Positions 1 to 8,197 are shown, numbered from the stretch's first letter. The stretch is DNA of 32,000 nt from Megasphaera elsdenii DSM 20460 (GCF_003010495.1 NZ_CP027570.1:1230001-1262000); one strand, 5' to 3'. Translations and numbers: made by a program. The notes: generated from the sequence alone by a model not told the origin.

Positions 1-95
1 ATTATAAGAATAAGCCAATTTTTTATTCCAATGAGTATTTTTTTCTTGTTTCTTTACCGAATAGAGGGATTGCATCAAAAATCAAGGATGCTACG

Positions 96-136
96 GAAGA
101 AACGCAACTTACTGGGGAAGAAACGCAACTTACTGG
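96..136 (+). repeat. Tandem direct repeat: two copies of GAAGAAACGCAACTTACTGG at 21-bp spacing, plus a partial third (AGAAAACG)
   Basis: Read directly. Copies lie at 96-115 and 117-136, just upstream of the small wHTH ORF in a visibly AT-rich segment. The arrangement looks like an iteron or operator. Confidence 0.8.
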
Positions 137-155
137 AGAAAACGTTCATCTCGAA

Positions 156-389
156 GTGTTAATGACTAGTATACGGCAAAAATGTAGAAATAAATTTCGA
201 GCAGGTACAGTAGATAAATTTATAAAATTGTTGATAATTTATGAAGATAAATATCCATTTAATAGACAAATTGTAGCAACTCAATTTGAAATAAGCGAAA
301 ATGCTGCATCCCGACTGCTTAAAAAAGCAATTGATTGTGGTATTGTCAGGAAAGAAAAAAGAGGAGTTTATTATTTTCGGGTTTTGTAA
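156..389 (+). CDS. Small winged-helix DNA-binding protein (77 aa), orphan or possibly a remnant
   Basis: ORF with a GTG start at 156 (ATG at 162). The C-terminal pattern F-x-ISENAASRLLKKAIDCGIVRKEKRGVYYFRVL resembles the wHTH found at the C-terminus of Fic-family proteins, including the one at 18776-19981 (ISENTVYNHLKK...YRYQLRL). The segment is AT-rich relative to the rest of the window. Confidence 0.5.
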   Translation: MLMTSIRQKCRNKFRAGTVDKFIKLLIIYEDKYPFNRQIVATQFEISENAASRLLKKAIDCGIVRKEKRGVYYFRVL

Positions 390-392
390 AAA

Positions 393-776
393 TCAGATTC
401 AGATGCGGCATCGCTGCGATAAACTCAAGATTATGTTATGACCCGGCATCGTCTGTCATAAATTTCGGCTGTACACAGGATTCGCGGCGGGCCGCCCGTC
501 GCTGCTGTCCGTTCTGTTAACCGTCCTGCACCTCCCGATGGTCGGTACCTGTCGGGGTAGAAAGGCTCTGGGCGTCCCCTACGCACAAGGCCGTTGGCCG
601 TGTATTTTTTATGGCCTGCGGACCACGCTTTTTTTCATCGCCTGACTGCGATTCCGTAGGGGCCGTCCCAACGGGCGGCCCGCGTGAATCCTGTGCATAT
701 CCGGAATTTATGACGGACGGCGCATGGTCGTAATACAATCATGAGTCTGTTGCGGCGGGCCGCCGCATCTGATTCG
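393..776. mobile_element. MITE-like non-coding element with roughly 100-bp imperfect terminal inverted repeats
   Basis: The left arm (393-499, AATCAGATTCAGATGCGGCATCGCTGCGATAAACTCAAGATT...CACAGGATTCGCGGCGGGCCGCCCG) is the imperfect reverse complement of the right arm (671-776). The termini share TCAGATGCGGC with the elements at 18358-18731 and 20250-20629. The interior carries REP hairpins. There is no credible ORF. Confidence 0.65.
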
Positions 777-780
777 GCGT

Positions 781-862
781 CGATGAACGATGAACGGCCT
801 ACGACGAACGACATCGCCGATGGCGATGAGTTCCGGCCTGCGGTCTGCGAACTACGGCCTGC
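781..862. repeat. Heptad-periodic degenerate microsatellite
   Basis: The phase is GATGAAC GATGAAC GGCCTAC GACGAAC GACATCG at 782-816 and GGCCTGC GGTCTGC GAACTAC GGCCTGC at 835-862. Confidence 0.6.
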
Positions 863-877
863 GTTATTATTGCGTTA

Positions 878-906
878 TTATCAAGTCCGCTAGTATATGC
901 TATAAT
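878..906 (+). promoter_or_regulatory. Putative sigma-70 promoter with an extended -10
   Basis: TGCTATAAT lies at 898-906 (TATAAT 901-906), with a weak -35 TTATCA at 878-883 and a 17-nt spacer. It sits upstream of the HD-domain gene. Confidence 0.4.
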
Positions 907-950
907 TAGCGTTATAGATGATTTATATTAAGGATATATAGGAAAGGTGG

Positions 951-1766
951 TTGGGCAGTCTGATGGATCGGGATTTTGTGGTATCACAATTTACGCGGTA
1001 TGTCCATGGGTTTGACCAGGGGGAAGAAGGGGTCCGGCTGAAGTATGCTCATTCTTTACGGGTGAGTTCTCTCTGTGAGCAGATTGCGGGAAGCCTGGGT
1101 TTGTCCCAGGATGAGGTAGATTTGGCCTGGCTTATCGGCGTGCTTCACGATATCGGCCGCTTTGAACAGCTGCGGGAGTACCATACGTTTGTCGATTACC
1201 GGTCCATGGACCATGCCAAGTATGGCGCTCATTATTTGTTTGATGACGGTCATATCCGCGATTTTCTCGACGATGGGAGGTTGGATGATGTTATCCGCAT
1301 GGCTATCGACCAGCACAATGTCTATCAGCTGCGGGAGAATTTGACGCCGCGGCAGCGGCTTTTCTGCCAGCTCATCCGCGATGCTGACAAAATCGATATT
1401 TTCCGGGTCTATGTCCTGTATATGAGCCAGAAGAAAAATATTTGGAACGTCGATTGGGCTGATTTTGAGAACCAGCCTATTTCTGACAGCGTCATGGCCC
1501 AGGCCCGCCAGGGGAAGCTGGTGCGGACGCAGGATAAGAAGACTTTCATGGATTTTTATGTCGGTGCTTTGTGTCTGTACTTCGATTTGGTCTATCCCCG
1601 GAGCCGTCAGCTGGCACGGGAGCAAGGCTATTTTGATAAGCTCCTCGATTTCCACTCCCGGAATGTCGATAGTGAGAAAAAATTGGATGAAATCCGCTGC
1701 TTAGTACAGAAAGCGGAAACGTTGCCTCAGCCAACATTTGTTGATACAATGTATAATGACATATAG
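951..1766 (+). CDS. HD/HDIG-domain metal-dependent phosphohydrolase
   Basis: Motifs LHDIGRFEQ and IRDADKIDIF are present. The RBS is GGAAAGGTGG at 941-950. The start is TTG at 951 or ATG at 963. Confidence 0.8.
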   Translation: MGSLMDRDFVVSQFTRYVHGFDQGEEGVRLKYAHSLRVSSLCEQIAGSLGLSQDEVDLAWLIGVLHDIGRFEQLREYHTFVDYRSMDHAKYGAHYLFDDGHIRDFLDDGRLDDVIRMAIDQHNVYQLRENLTPRQRLFCQLIRDADKIDIFRVYVLYMSQKKNIWNVDWADFENQPISDSVMAQARQGKLVRTQDKKTFMDFYVGALCLYFDLVYPRSRQLAREQGYFDKLLDFHSRNVDSEKKLDEIRCLVQKAETLPQPTFVDTMYNDI

Positions 1767-1807
1767 CATAATTGGTATTATAGGATATATAGGGGGAATC
1801 ATAGCTC

Positions 1808-2737
1808 ATGGAAATATTGATTACGGGTGGTGCCGGCTTCATTGGGTCGCATGTTTTAGCACAGTTGAAAGAAATGCCGGATATGGATGTTGTCGTCTTT
1901 GATAATTTGTCTAGTGGGTCCCGGAACCACGTGCCCGATGGAATGGAACTCATTGAAGGCGATATCTGCGATGAAGAAGCTATTGACGCTGTCTTTTCCG
2001 ATCACCATTTTGAGGCTGTCGTCCATCTGGCAGCGCAGACGATGGTCCCGGTTTCGGTGGAACAGCCTGTCCTCGATTGCCAGATTAATTTGGAAGGCGT
2101 CCTTCATGTGCTGGAAGCCTGCCGGGTTCATGGCGTGCCGCACATCCTGTTTTCGTCCAGTGCTGCCGTGTACGGGGATAATCTGAACATTCCCTTAGTG
2201 GAAACGGAACGGCTCGCGCCGACTTCCCCGTATGGTGTTACTAAGATGACGACGGAACATTACCTGCGAGTCTATCATGAATTATACGGTATGGATGCGA
2301 CGGTTTTCCGTTTTGCCAACGTTTACGGCGAACGGCAGGGCGAAAAAGGAGAAGGCGGTGTCGTCAGCATTTTCTGTAAGCTCTTGTCCCATCATCAGGG
2401 GCTTACGGTTTTCGGCGATGGCAGCCAGACTCGCGATTTCGTCTATGCTGGCGATATTTCCCAGGCCATTATCCGGGCGCTGCCGCTCAAAGGCTATCAT
2501 ACGATGAATGTCTCGACGGGCCAGGAAACGAGTGTCAACGATTTGATCCATAGTTTTGAAAAAGCCGTTGGCCATTCCGTAGATGTGACTTATACGGCGC
2601 CTAGGACGGGGGATATTCTGCGGTCGGTCCTCAGTAATGGTGCCTTGAAAGAGAACCTGGATTTTGTACCGGCAATGGATTTGGAAGAAGGAATCCGCCG
2701 GACCTATGAATGGTATCAGGGGCAATGGGCGCAGTGA
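1808..2737 (+). CDS. NAD-dependent epimerase/dehydratase (GalE-like SDR)
   Basis: The N-terminus has the Rossmann motif ILITGGAGFIGSH and the catalytic motif YGVTK (YxxxK). The RBS is GGGGGA upstream of the ATG. Confidence 0.85.
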   Translation: MEILITGGAGFIGSHVLAQLKEMPDMDVVVFDNLSSGSRNHVPDGMELIEGDICDEEAIDAVFSDHHFEAVVHLAAQTMVPVSVEQPVLDCQINLEGVLHVLEACRVHGVPHILFSSSAAVYGDNLNIPLVETERLAPTSPYGVTKMTTEHYLRVYHELYGMDATVFRFANVYGERQGEKGEGGVVSIFCKLLSHHQGLTVFGDGSQTRDFVYAGDISQAIIRALPLKGYHTMNVSTGQETSVNDLIHSFEKAVGHSVDVTYTAPRTGDILRSVLSNGALKENLDFVPAMDLEEGIRRTYEWYQGQWAQ

Positions 2738-2748
2738 GGCATTTTTCC

Positions 2749-2777
2749 TTGACAGGCTTCCCAAAACATGACACAAT
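2749..2777 (+). promoter_or_regulatory. Putative promoter of pyrF-pyrE
   Basis: TTGACA at 2749-2754, a 17-nt spacer, and CACAAT at 2772-2777. Confidence 0.45.
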
Positions 2778-2818
2778 TAATTAGATATGCCTATATTTAT
2801 ATACAGGAGGGGTAGCCC

Positions 2819-3532
2819 ATGGCAGATGATCGCATCATTACGGCTTTGGATGTCCATTCACTGGAGGATATGAAGAAGCTCGTAGAAACCCTTGGCGACA
2901 GTGTTTCTTTTTATAAAGTCGGCATGGAACTGTTTTACAGTGCCGGTCCCGACGCAGTACGGTATTTGAAGGACCAGGGGAAACATGTTTTCCTCGATTT
3001 GAAGGTCCATGATATTCCCAATACGGTAGGCCAGAGCATCCGCGCCCTGACCCGTCTCGGCGCCGACCTCATGACGCTGCACGGCACAGGTGGCCGGGCC
3101 ATGATGGAAGCGGCTGCAGAAGCCGTCCGCGATGAAGCGGCCAAGCTGAATATCGAACGGCCTCGCCTTTTGGCTGTGACGGTATTGACCAGCATCGATG
3201 AAGATGCGTGGAAAGAAATCGGCGGCAAGTACAGCATTGCCGAATCGGTCAAGAACCTGGCTAAACTGGCCAAGGAAGCCGGTATCGACGGGACCGTTTC
3301 TTCGCCGTATGAAGCGAAGGAAATCCGGGAAATGAATGGTCCCGATTTCCTCATCGTCACGCCGGGCATCCGTCCGACCTTTGCCGTAGCCAACGACCAG
3401 AAGCGGTTCACGACGCCGTCCCAGGCTTTGCGCGACGGGGCATCCCATTTGGTCATCGGTCGTCCGATTACCAAGGCTGCCGATCCGAAAGAAGCAGCGG
3501 AAAAGATTTTAGCAGAAATTCAGGGGGTATAA
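2819..3532 (+). CDS. pyrF: Orotidine 5'-phosphate decarboxylase
   Basis: Motifs FLDLKVHDIPNT and LVIGRPIT are typical of the family, as is the 237-aa length. The RBS is AGGAGGGG. Confidence 0.93.
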   Translation: MADDRIITALDVHSLEDMKKLVETLGDSVSFYKVGMELFYSAGPDAVRYLKDQGKHVFLDLKVHDIPNTVGQSIRALTRLGADLMTLHGTGGRAMMEAAAEAVRDEAAKLNIERPRLLAVTVLTSIDEDAWKEIGGKYSIAESVKNLAKLAKEAGIDGTVSSPYEAKEIREMNGPDFLIVTPGIRPTFAVANDQKRFTTPSQALRDGASHLVIGRPITKAADPKEAAEKILAEIQGV

Positions 3533-3538
3533 CCAATC

Positions 3539-4126
3539 ATGATGACAGAAGAAGAAGTAAGACAGTTATTAGTAGAAACGAAAGCCGTTCTCGAAGGCCA
3601 TTTCCTGTTGACGTCGGGCCTGCACAGCCCGCTGTACGTTGAAAAATTCAACGTTCTCCAGCATCCGGAATATACGGAAAAGCTCTGCAAGGAATTGGCA
3701 GAACGTTTCAAGGACCAGAACGTCCAGACTGTCATGGGTCCTATGACCGGCGGCATCCTGCTGGCTCATGAAGTCGGCAAGGCTCTCGGCACGCGGGCTA
3801 TCTTCACGGAACGTGAAAAGGGCGTCATGACTCTTCGCCGTGGCTTCCACATCGAACCGGGTGAACGCGTCCTCATCGTCGAAGATATCGTCACGACGGG
3901 TGGTTCTGTTCAGGAAGTTGTCAACGTTGTCAAGAAAGCTGGCGGCGTCATCGTCGGTGTTGGCCTCCTCGTCGACCGTAGCGGCGGCAAGGCTGAATTC
4001 GGCGTACCGAAAGATAAGGTCCAGGCCCTGCTTCACTTGACGGTTCCGACGTACAAACCGGAAGAATGCCCGCTCTGCAAACAGGGCATCCCCATGACCG
4101 AACGGGGCAGCCACCATCTGAAATAA
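3539..4126 (+). CDS. pyrE: Orotate phosphoribosyltransferase
   Basis: The PRPP-binding motif VLIVEDIVTTGGS is present, and the gene lies 6 nt after pyrF. Confidence 0.92.
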   Translation: MMTEEEVRQLLVETKAVLEGHFLLTSGLHSPLYVEKFNVLQHPEYTEKLCKELAERFKDQNVQTVMGPMTGGILLAHEVGKALGTRAIFTEREKGVMTLRRGFHIEPGERVLIVEDIVTTGGSVQEVVNVVKKAGGVIVGVGLLVDRSGGKAEFGVPKDKVQALLHLTVPTYKPEECPLCKQGIPMTERGSHHLK

Positions 4127-4144
4127 TCTGGATCAGGAGATGTT

Positions 4145-5086
4145 TTGTTCATGGAAATGTTATCGGCCATAGCGCCTTTCTTCATGGCTGGCCTGCTGGG
4201 GACGGTGTTCGCCCGTTTTACGGGCATCAATATGAGCATGTGCGTCCTCCTCATGTTTTTGTACATGGGGGCCAAGCCCGTCGAATGTATTGCCGCTATG
4301 TTGATGTTTAATGTATTCACCTATTTTACGGTGTATTCTCAGCTTCACGTCATGAAGATCAAGAGTTTCACCTTTTTCCCTGGCGTGCGCCTGGCCATCC
4401 CGATTTTGATCACCATTGCCCTGGCTGCGCTCAATCCTTTCATCGGCATCGTCTTTTTCGTCTTCACGTTCCTCATGGAAATCTTCGCCAAGATTTATAA
4501 GGAAATGGATGCCAAGTCGCGTCCGACGAAGGGGAAAATCGGTCAGATGGTCGTCCTCGCCGCTGTCCTGGTGACGATTGGCACGGCTCTCGTCCAGTTC
4601 ATCCCGGAAAATTATTATTACATCGTCGGCGGCGTGACTATTTTGATTTACGCCTTCTTCATGTGGCGGACGGGAGACCGCCGCAAGGGAACGGCCTGGT
4701 GGGATAAGCTGCTCTATGCATCGACGTTCCTCACCGGTCTGAGCGGCATCGACGGGACGGACTGGCTCACGGCGATGCGCCGTAATCCCGAATCGGTCTT
4801 GTCTAAATGCTATCCCATCGTCATCAACGGGGCCATGATCATCGCCCTGCTGGCATCGTATGCTATGTATCAGTATTTCTCGCTGGGTGCCTTGTTTGCT
4901 ACCATCGGTTCGGCCGTCGGCATCCGCCTGTTTGGCTTATATGAACATAAAGAAAAGGGAAGCTTTTCTTACCTCACCTTGGGCATTGCCGTCCTAGCAG
5001 CCCTGGTGTTCATGATCATCCAGCCCGTACCGACAGGATTCCCTGTCGTGCCCATGGCAGATAATGCCGGATTTTTCGATTTTTAG
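4145..5086 (+). CDS. Polytopic integral membrane protein of unknown function
   Basis: There are about 8-9 hydrophobic segments and no motif I recognise. The start is TTG 4145 or ATG 4151, after AGGAG at 4135-4139. It lies 18 nt after pyrE and so is probably co-transcribed. Confidence 0.6.
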   Translation: MFMEMLSAIAPFFMAGLLGTVFARFTGINMSMCVLLMFLYMGAKPVECIAAMLMFNVFTYFTVYSQLHVMKIKSFTFFPGVRLAIPILITIALAALNPFIGIVFFVFTFLMEIFAKIYKEMDAKSRPTKGKIGQMVVLAAVLVTIGTALVQFIPENYYYIVGGVTILIYAFFMWRTGDRRKGTAWWDKLLYASTFLTGLSGIDGTDWLTAMRRNPESVLSKCYPIVINGAMIIALLASYAMYQYFSLGALFATIGSAVGIRLFGLYEHKEKGSFSYLTLGIAVLAALVFMIIQPVPTGFPVVPMADNAGFFDF

Positions 5087-5093
5087 TTTTGCA

Positions 5094-5128
5094 AAAAAGC
5101 GCTGTCTTTTATGGCAGCGCTTTTTTTT
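5094..5128 (+). terminator. Rho-independent terminator (GCGCTG...CAGCGC stem plus a T8 run)
   Basis: The sequence is AAAAAAGCGCTGTCTTTTATGGCAGCGCTTTTTTTT. It belongs to the recurring terminator family seen after carB, argD and the SGNH gene. Confidence 0.85.
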
Positions 5129-5130
5129 GC

Positions 5131-5185
5131 AAGGCTCCCTTTATAGGGGAGCTGGCCGCCGGAGGCGGTCTGAGAGGTTGTTTTT
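5131..5185 (+). repeat. Conserved double-hairpin element, copy A
   Basis: AAGGCTCCCTTTATAGGGGAGCTG-GCCGCC-GGA-GGCGGT-CTGAGAGGTTGTTTTT. It is homologous to the minus-strand copy at 24211-24155, with compensatory changes in the second stem. Confidence 0.6.
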
Positions 5186-5277
5186 AAATATTTGCAGGAA
5201 AACGGCGGGCTTTGTCGAATATATTATATATGCCTTATTTATGACTCAATTTTATTTTATATAAAGGGGGGATCCCT

Positions 5278-5775
5278 ATGAAGAAAAGTATTATCTTAGC
5301 GATGGTCGTAGCGGCTTTGGCTTGCGGGCCGGCCTGGGCTTATGATGAAGGACCGGTCATGGGGCCGTATTCGGCGATTCCCGGATTGACGGCGGTGCAG
5401 CAATGCCAATTGACGGTGGCCGGCAAGGTCATGGACCCGGCAGAGGGGGCTGTTTTACAGGAAAATAATGTGGTCATGATTCCCTTGCGGAAAGTGGCGG
5501 AACAGCTCGGTTATACCGTGACCTGGGATCCTGACGATCAGAGCGTTCGCGTAGAAATGAACATTGCCTATATCATCGTCAAGCCCGGTGAAGACTGGTA
5601 TGAACGGATCGGGACGATCAAGAAGGTCAACTTGAACCACATCTTCCAGTACGGTGCCGGCCCGGTCAATGTCAACGGTACGATGTACGTCCCGGCCCAG
5701 CTCTTTGAAGCCTTTTACAACAGCGTCACCATTACGCCCCAGGCCGTGACCATTACGCCGGCATCGACAGACTGA
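5278..5775 (+). CDS. Secreted protein with a copper-amine-oxidase-N-terminal-like (stalk) domain
   Basis: A signal peptide is present (MKKSIILAMVVAALACGPAWA). The segment VMIPLRKVAEQLGYTVTWDPDDQSVRV is typical of that domain family, from memory. The RBS is GGGGGGA. Confidence 0.65.
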   Translation: MKKSIILAMVVAALACGPAWAYDEGPVMGPYSAIPGLTAVQQCQLTVAGKVMDPAEGAVLQENNVVMIPLRKVAEQLGYTVTWDPDDQSVRVEMNIAYIIVKPGEDWYERIGTIKKVNLNHIFQYGAGPVNVNGTMYVPAQLFEAFYNSVTITPQAVTITPASTD

Positions 5776-5792
5776 AGTCGTGAAAAAACTGC

Positions 5793-5821
5793 TTGACTTT
5801 ATGGGCCTTGGTCGATACAAT
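5793..5821 (+). promoter_or_regulatory. Promoter of the pyrB operon
   Basis: TTGACT at 5793-5798, a 17-nt spacer, and TACAAT at 5816-5821. Confidence 0.6.
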
Positions 5822-5835
5822 ATATAGAAGAATAT

Positions 5836-5968
5836 GTGGCAGTCCCGTGAGGCTGTGCGATTCTAATACTTTCAGATTGTACCTTTAATGTAGTCCGGAG
5901 AGGCTAAAAAGGGACATATTTTGCCATGCTTATAATATGACCTTTGCCCTGCGGCAGAGGTCTTTTTT
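5836..5968 (+). promoter_or_regulatory. PyrR-type transcription attenuator (binding loop, antiterminator, terminator)
   Basis: CCTTTAATGTAGTCCGGAGAGGCTAAAAAGG (5882-5912) matches the PyrR binding-loop core GUCCAGAGAGGCU. A second GTCCCGTGAGGCT lies at 5841-5853. The antiterminator AAAGGGACATATT / AATATGACCTTT overlaps both alternative structures. The terminator GACCTTTGCC-CTGC-GGCAGAGGTC plus T6 lies at 5939-5968. Confidence 0.75.
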
Positions 5969-5982
5969 ACAAGGAGGATTCG

Positions 5983-6927
5983 ATGGTTAGTATACAGGGC
6001 AAAAGCCTGTTGGGGCTCCAGGGAGTACCGAAGGAAGAAATTGAATTGATACTGCGGGTCGCTAAGAAGATGAAGGCCGTCGTCAACAGCGGGAATAAGA
6101 AGTTATCCCTGCTCAAAGGGAAATCGGTGGTCAACATGTTCTGGGAACCGAGTACGCGTACGCGCGGTTCCTTTGAAATGGCTGCCAAGTATCTCGGCGC
6201 TGATGTCATCAACTTTACGCCGCGGGGAAGCTCCATCCAGAAAGGTGAAAGTTTCCGCGATACCCTGCTGACGGTAACCGCTATGGGTGTCGATGCCATC
6301 GTCATGCGTCAGAAACAGGAAGGTTCGCCGTGGTTTGCTGACCGCTGTGTCGACCCGATTATCATTAACGCCGGTGACGGCGCGCACGAACATCCGACGC
6401 AGGGCCTCCTCGACATGTTCACCATTAAGGAAGTCAAAGGTCACATCGACGGCTTGAAAGTTGTCATCGTCGGCGATATCGACCACGGCCGCGTCGCCCG
6501 CTCCAATATCTATGGTCTCAAGACCATGGGTGCCGACGTCCACCTCGTCGGTCCGCGGACTCTGCTCCAGCCGGAATTGGAAGCTATGGGTGTCAAAGTC
6601 CATTACGACTTGAAGGAAGCCATCCAGGATGCAGACGTCATCAACGTCTTGCGTATCCAGAAAGAACGTCAGGGTATCGGCTTCTTCCCCAGTGCCGGTG
6701 AATACAATTCGCTCTTCGGTATCAACCGCGACCGCCTCAAGTGGGCTAAAGACGACGTCCTCGTCCTTCATCCGGGTCCCATGAACCGGGGCATCGAAAT
6801 CGAACCGGATACATGTTACAGTGAATTTTCTTCGATTCAGGAACAGGTCAAGAACGGCGTATCCGTCCGTATGGCCGTATTATATCTGACAATTATGGGA
6901 GGCGATGACGTTGACACTACTCGTTAA
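5983..6927 (+). CDS. pyrB: Aspartate carbamoyltransferase catalytic subunit
   Basis: Motifs STRTR, HPTQ and HPGP are present. ATG 5983 follows AAGGAGG at 5971-5977. The ORF-track start at 5944 lies inside the terminator hairpin, so I rejected it. Confidence 0.93.
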   Translation: MVSIQGKSLLGLQGVPKEEIELILRVAKKMKAVVNSGNKKLSLLKGKSVVNMFWEPSTRTRGSFEMAAKYLGADVINFTPRGSSIQKGESFRDTLLTVTAMGVDAIVMRQKQEGSPWFADRCVDPIIINAGDGAHEHPTQGLLDMFTIKEVKGHIDGLKVVIVGDIDHGRVARSNIYGLKTMGADVHLVGPRTLLQPELEAMGVKVHYDLKEAIQDADVINVLRIQKERQGIGFFPSAGEYNSLFGINRDRLKWAKDDVLVLHPGPMNRGIEIEPDTCYSEFSSIQEQVKNGVSVRMAVLYLTIMGGDDVDTTR

Positions 6928-8197
6928 AGGCGGCAGAGTCGTAAATCCGGCCATGCAGCAGGATGAAATTTGTGACATTCTCATTGAAAATGGTAAAATT
7001 AAGGAAATCGGAGCCAATCTGAGCGCTGACGGCGCCGAAATCTTCGACGCATCGGGCCTCGTCGTAGCACCGGGCTTCATCGATATGCACGTCCATCTCC
7101 GCCAGCCCGGCCAGTCCGGCAAGGAAACGATTGAAACGGGAACGAAAGCCGCTGCTGCCGGCGGCATTACCCGCGTTGCGACCATGCCGAATACCAAGCC
7201 GGTCATCGATTCGGCAATCATCGTCGACGGCATGAAGTATAAGATCGAACGGGAAGCCAAAGTCAAAGTCGAAATCATCGGCGCCATCTCCAAGGGCCTC
7301 CAGGGTCAGGAACTGGCCGCTATGGGCGCCATGGCCAAAGAAGGCGTCGCCGCTTTCTCCGATGACGGCCGTTACGTCGAAAACTGCGATTTCATGCGCA
7401 AAGCCATGGAATATGCCAGCATGTTCCACAAGGTCATCATCGACCACTGCGAAGAACAGAGCCTCGTCGAAGGCGGCAACATGCATGAAGGCGTCGTTTC
7501 CAACGAACTGGGCATCAAAGGCCGTCCGGCTGTCGCCGAAGACATTGCCGTCGCCCGCGATATTTTCCTGGCCGAAGCGACACACACGCCGGTCCACATC
7601 GCCCACATCAGCACCAAGAACGCTGTCGAACTGGTCCGTCAGGCCAAGAAGCGCGGCGTCCAGGTCACGGCAGAAGTCACGCCGCAGCACCTCATCCTGA
7701 CCGATGAAGCCCTGCGCACTTTTGAAACACGGTATAAAGTCAACCCGCCGATCCGCTCGGAAGAACACCGCGCAGCCTGCGTCGCCGGCCTGCAGGATGG
7801 CACCATCGATGCCGTCGTCACCGACCACGCACCGCATGAATGGGAAGAAAAGGACCAGGAATTCAACCTGGCTCCCAGCGGCTTCGTCGGCTTGGAAACG
7901 AGCGTCGGCGCCATGCTGACTTATATGTATCATACGGGTCATATCGACCTCATGACCCTGGTCAATGCCATGTCGACGGCACAGGCCAAGATCCTCGGCC
8001 TCGACGCCGGCGTCATCGCACCGGGCAAGGATGCCGATTTGACCGTACTCGATCTCGATAAAGAATGGACGGTAGATTCCTCGAAATTCTATTCCAAGGG
8101 AAAAGCGTCGCCTTTCGATGAAATGATTTTCAAAGGCAAGGCCGCAGCTACCATCGTCAATGGTAAAATTGTAATGAAAAACGGGGAGGTTTTATAA
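6905..8197 (+). CDS. pyrC: Dihydroorotase
   Basis: Motifs PGFIDMHVHLR and TDHAPH are present, and the 430-aa length fits. It overlaps the pyrB 3' end by 23 nt. Confidence 0.92.
   Translation: MTLTLLVKGGRVVNPAMQQDEICDILIENGKIKEIGANLSADGAEIFDASGLVVAPGFIDMHVHLRQPGQSGKETIETGTKAAAAGGITRVATMPNTKPVIDSAIIVDGMKYKIEREAKVKVEIIGAISKGLQGQELAAMGAMAKEGVAAFSDDGRYVENCDFMRKAMEYASMFHKVIIDHCEEQSLVEGGNMHEGVVSNELGIKGRPAVAEDIAVARDIFLAEATHTPVHIAHISTKNAVELVRQAKKRGVQVTAEVTPQHLILTDEALRTFETRYKVNPPIRSEEHRAACVAGLQDGTIDAVVTDHAPHEWEEKDQEFNLAPSGFVGLETSVGAMLTYMYHTGHIDLMTLVNAMSTAQAKILGLDAGVIAPGKDADLTVLDLDKEWTVDSSKFYSKGKASPFDEMIFKGKAAATIVNGKIVMKNGEVL

Noticed and set aside
335-738. ORFs 335-520 (+) and 517-738 (-) at the left MITE
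   Set aside because: They run through the inverted-repeat arms and REP hairpins. The composition is R/P/G-rich and there are no translation signals.
5064-5264. A 66-aa ORF downstream of the membrane protein gene
   Set aside because: It spans a rho-independent terminator and the double-hairpin repeat, and it has no RBS.
5944-5982. The longer pyrB start at 5944 from the ORF track
   Set aside because: The extension lies inside the attenuator terminator hairpin and T-run. ATG 5983 has a consensus AAGGAGG at the proper spacing.
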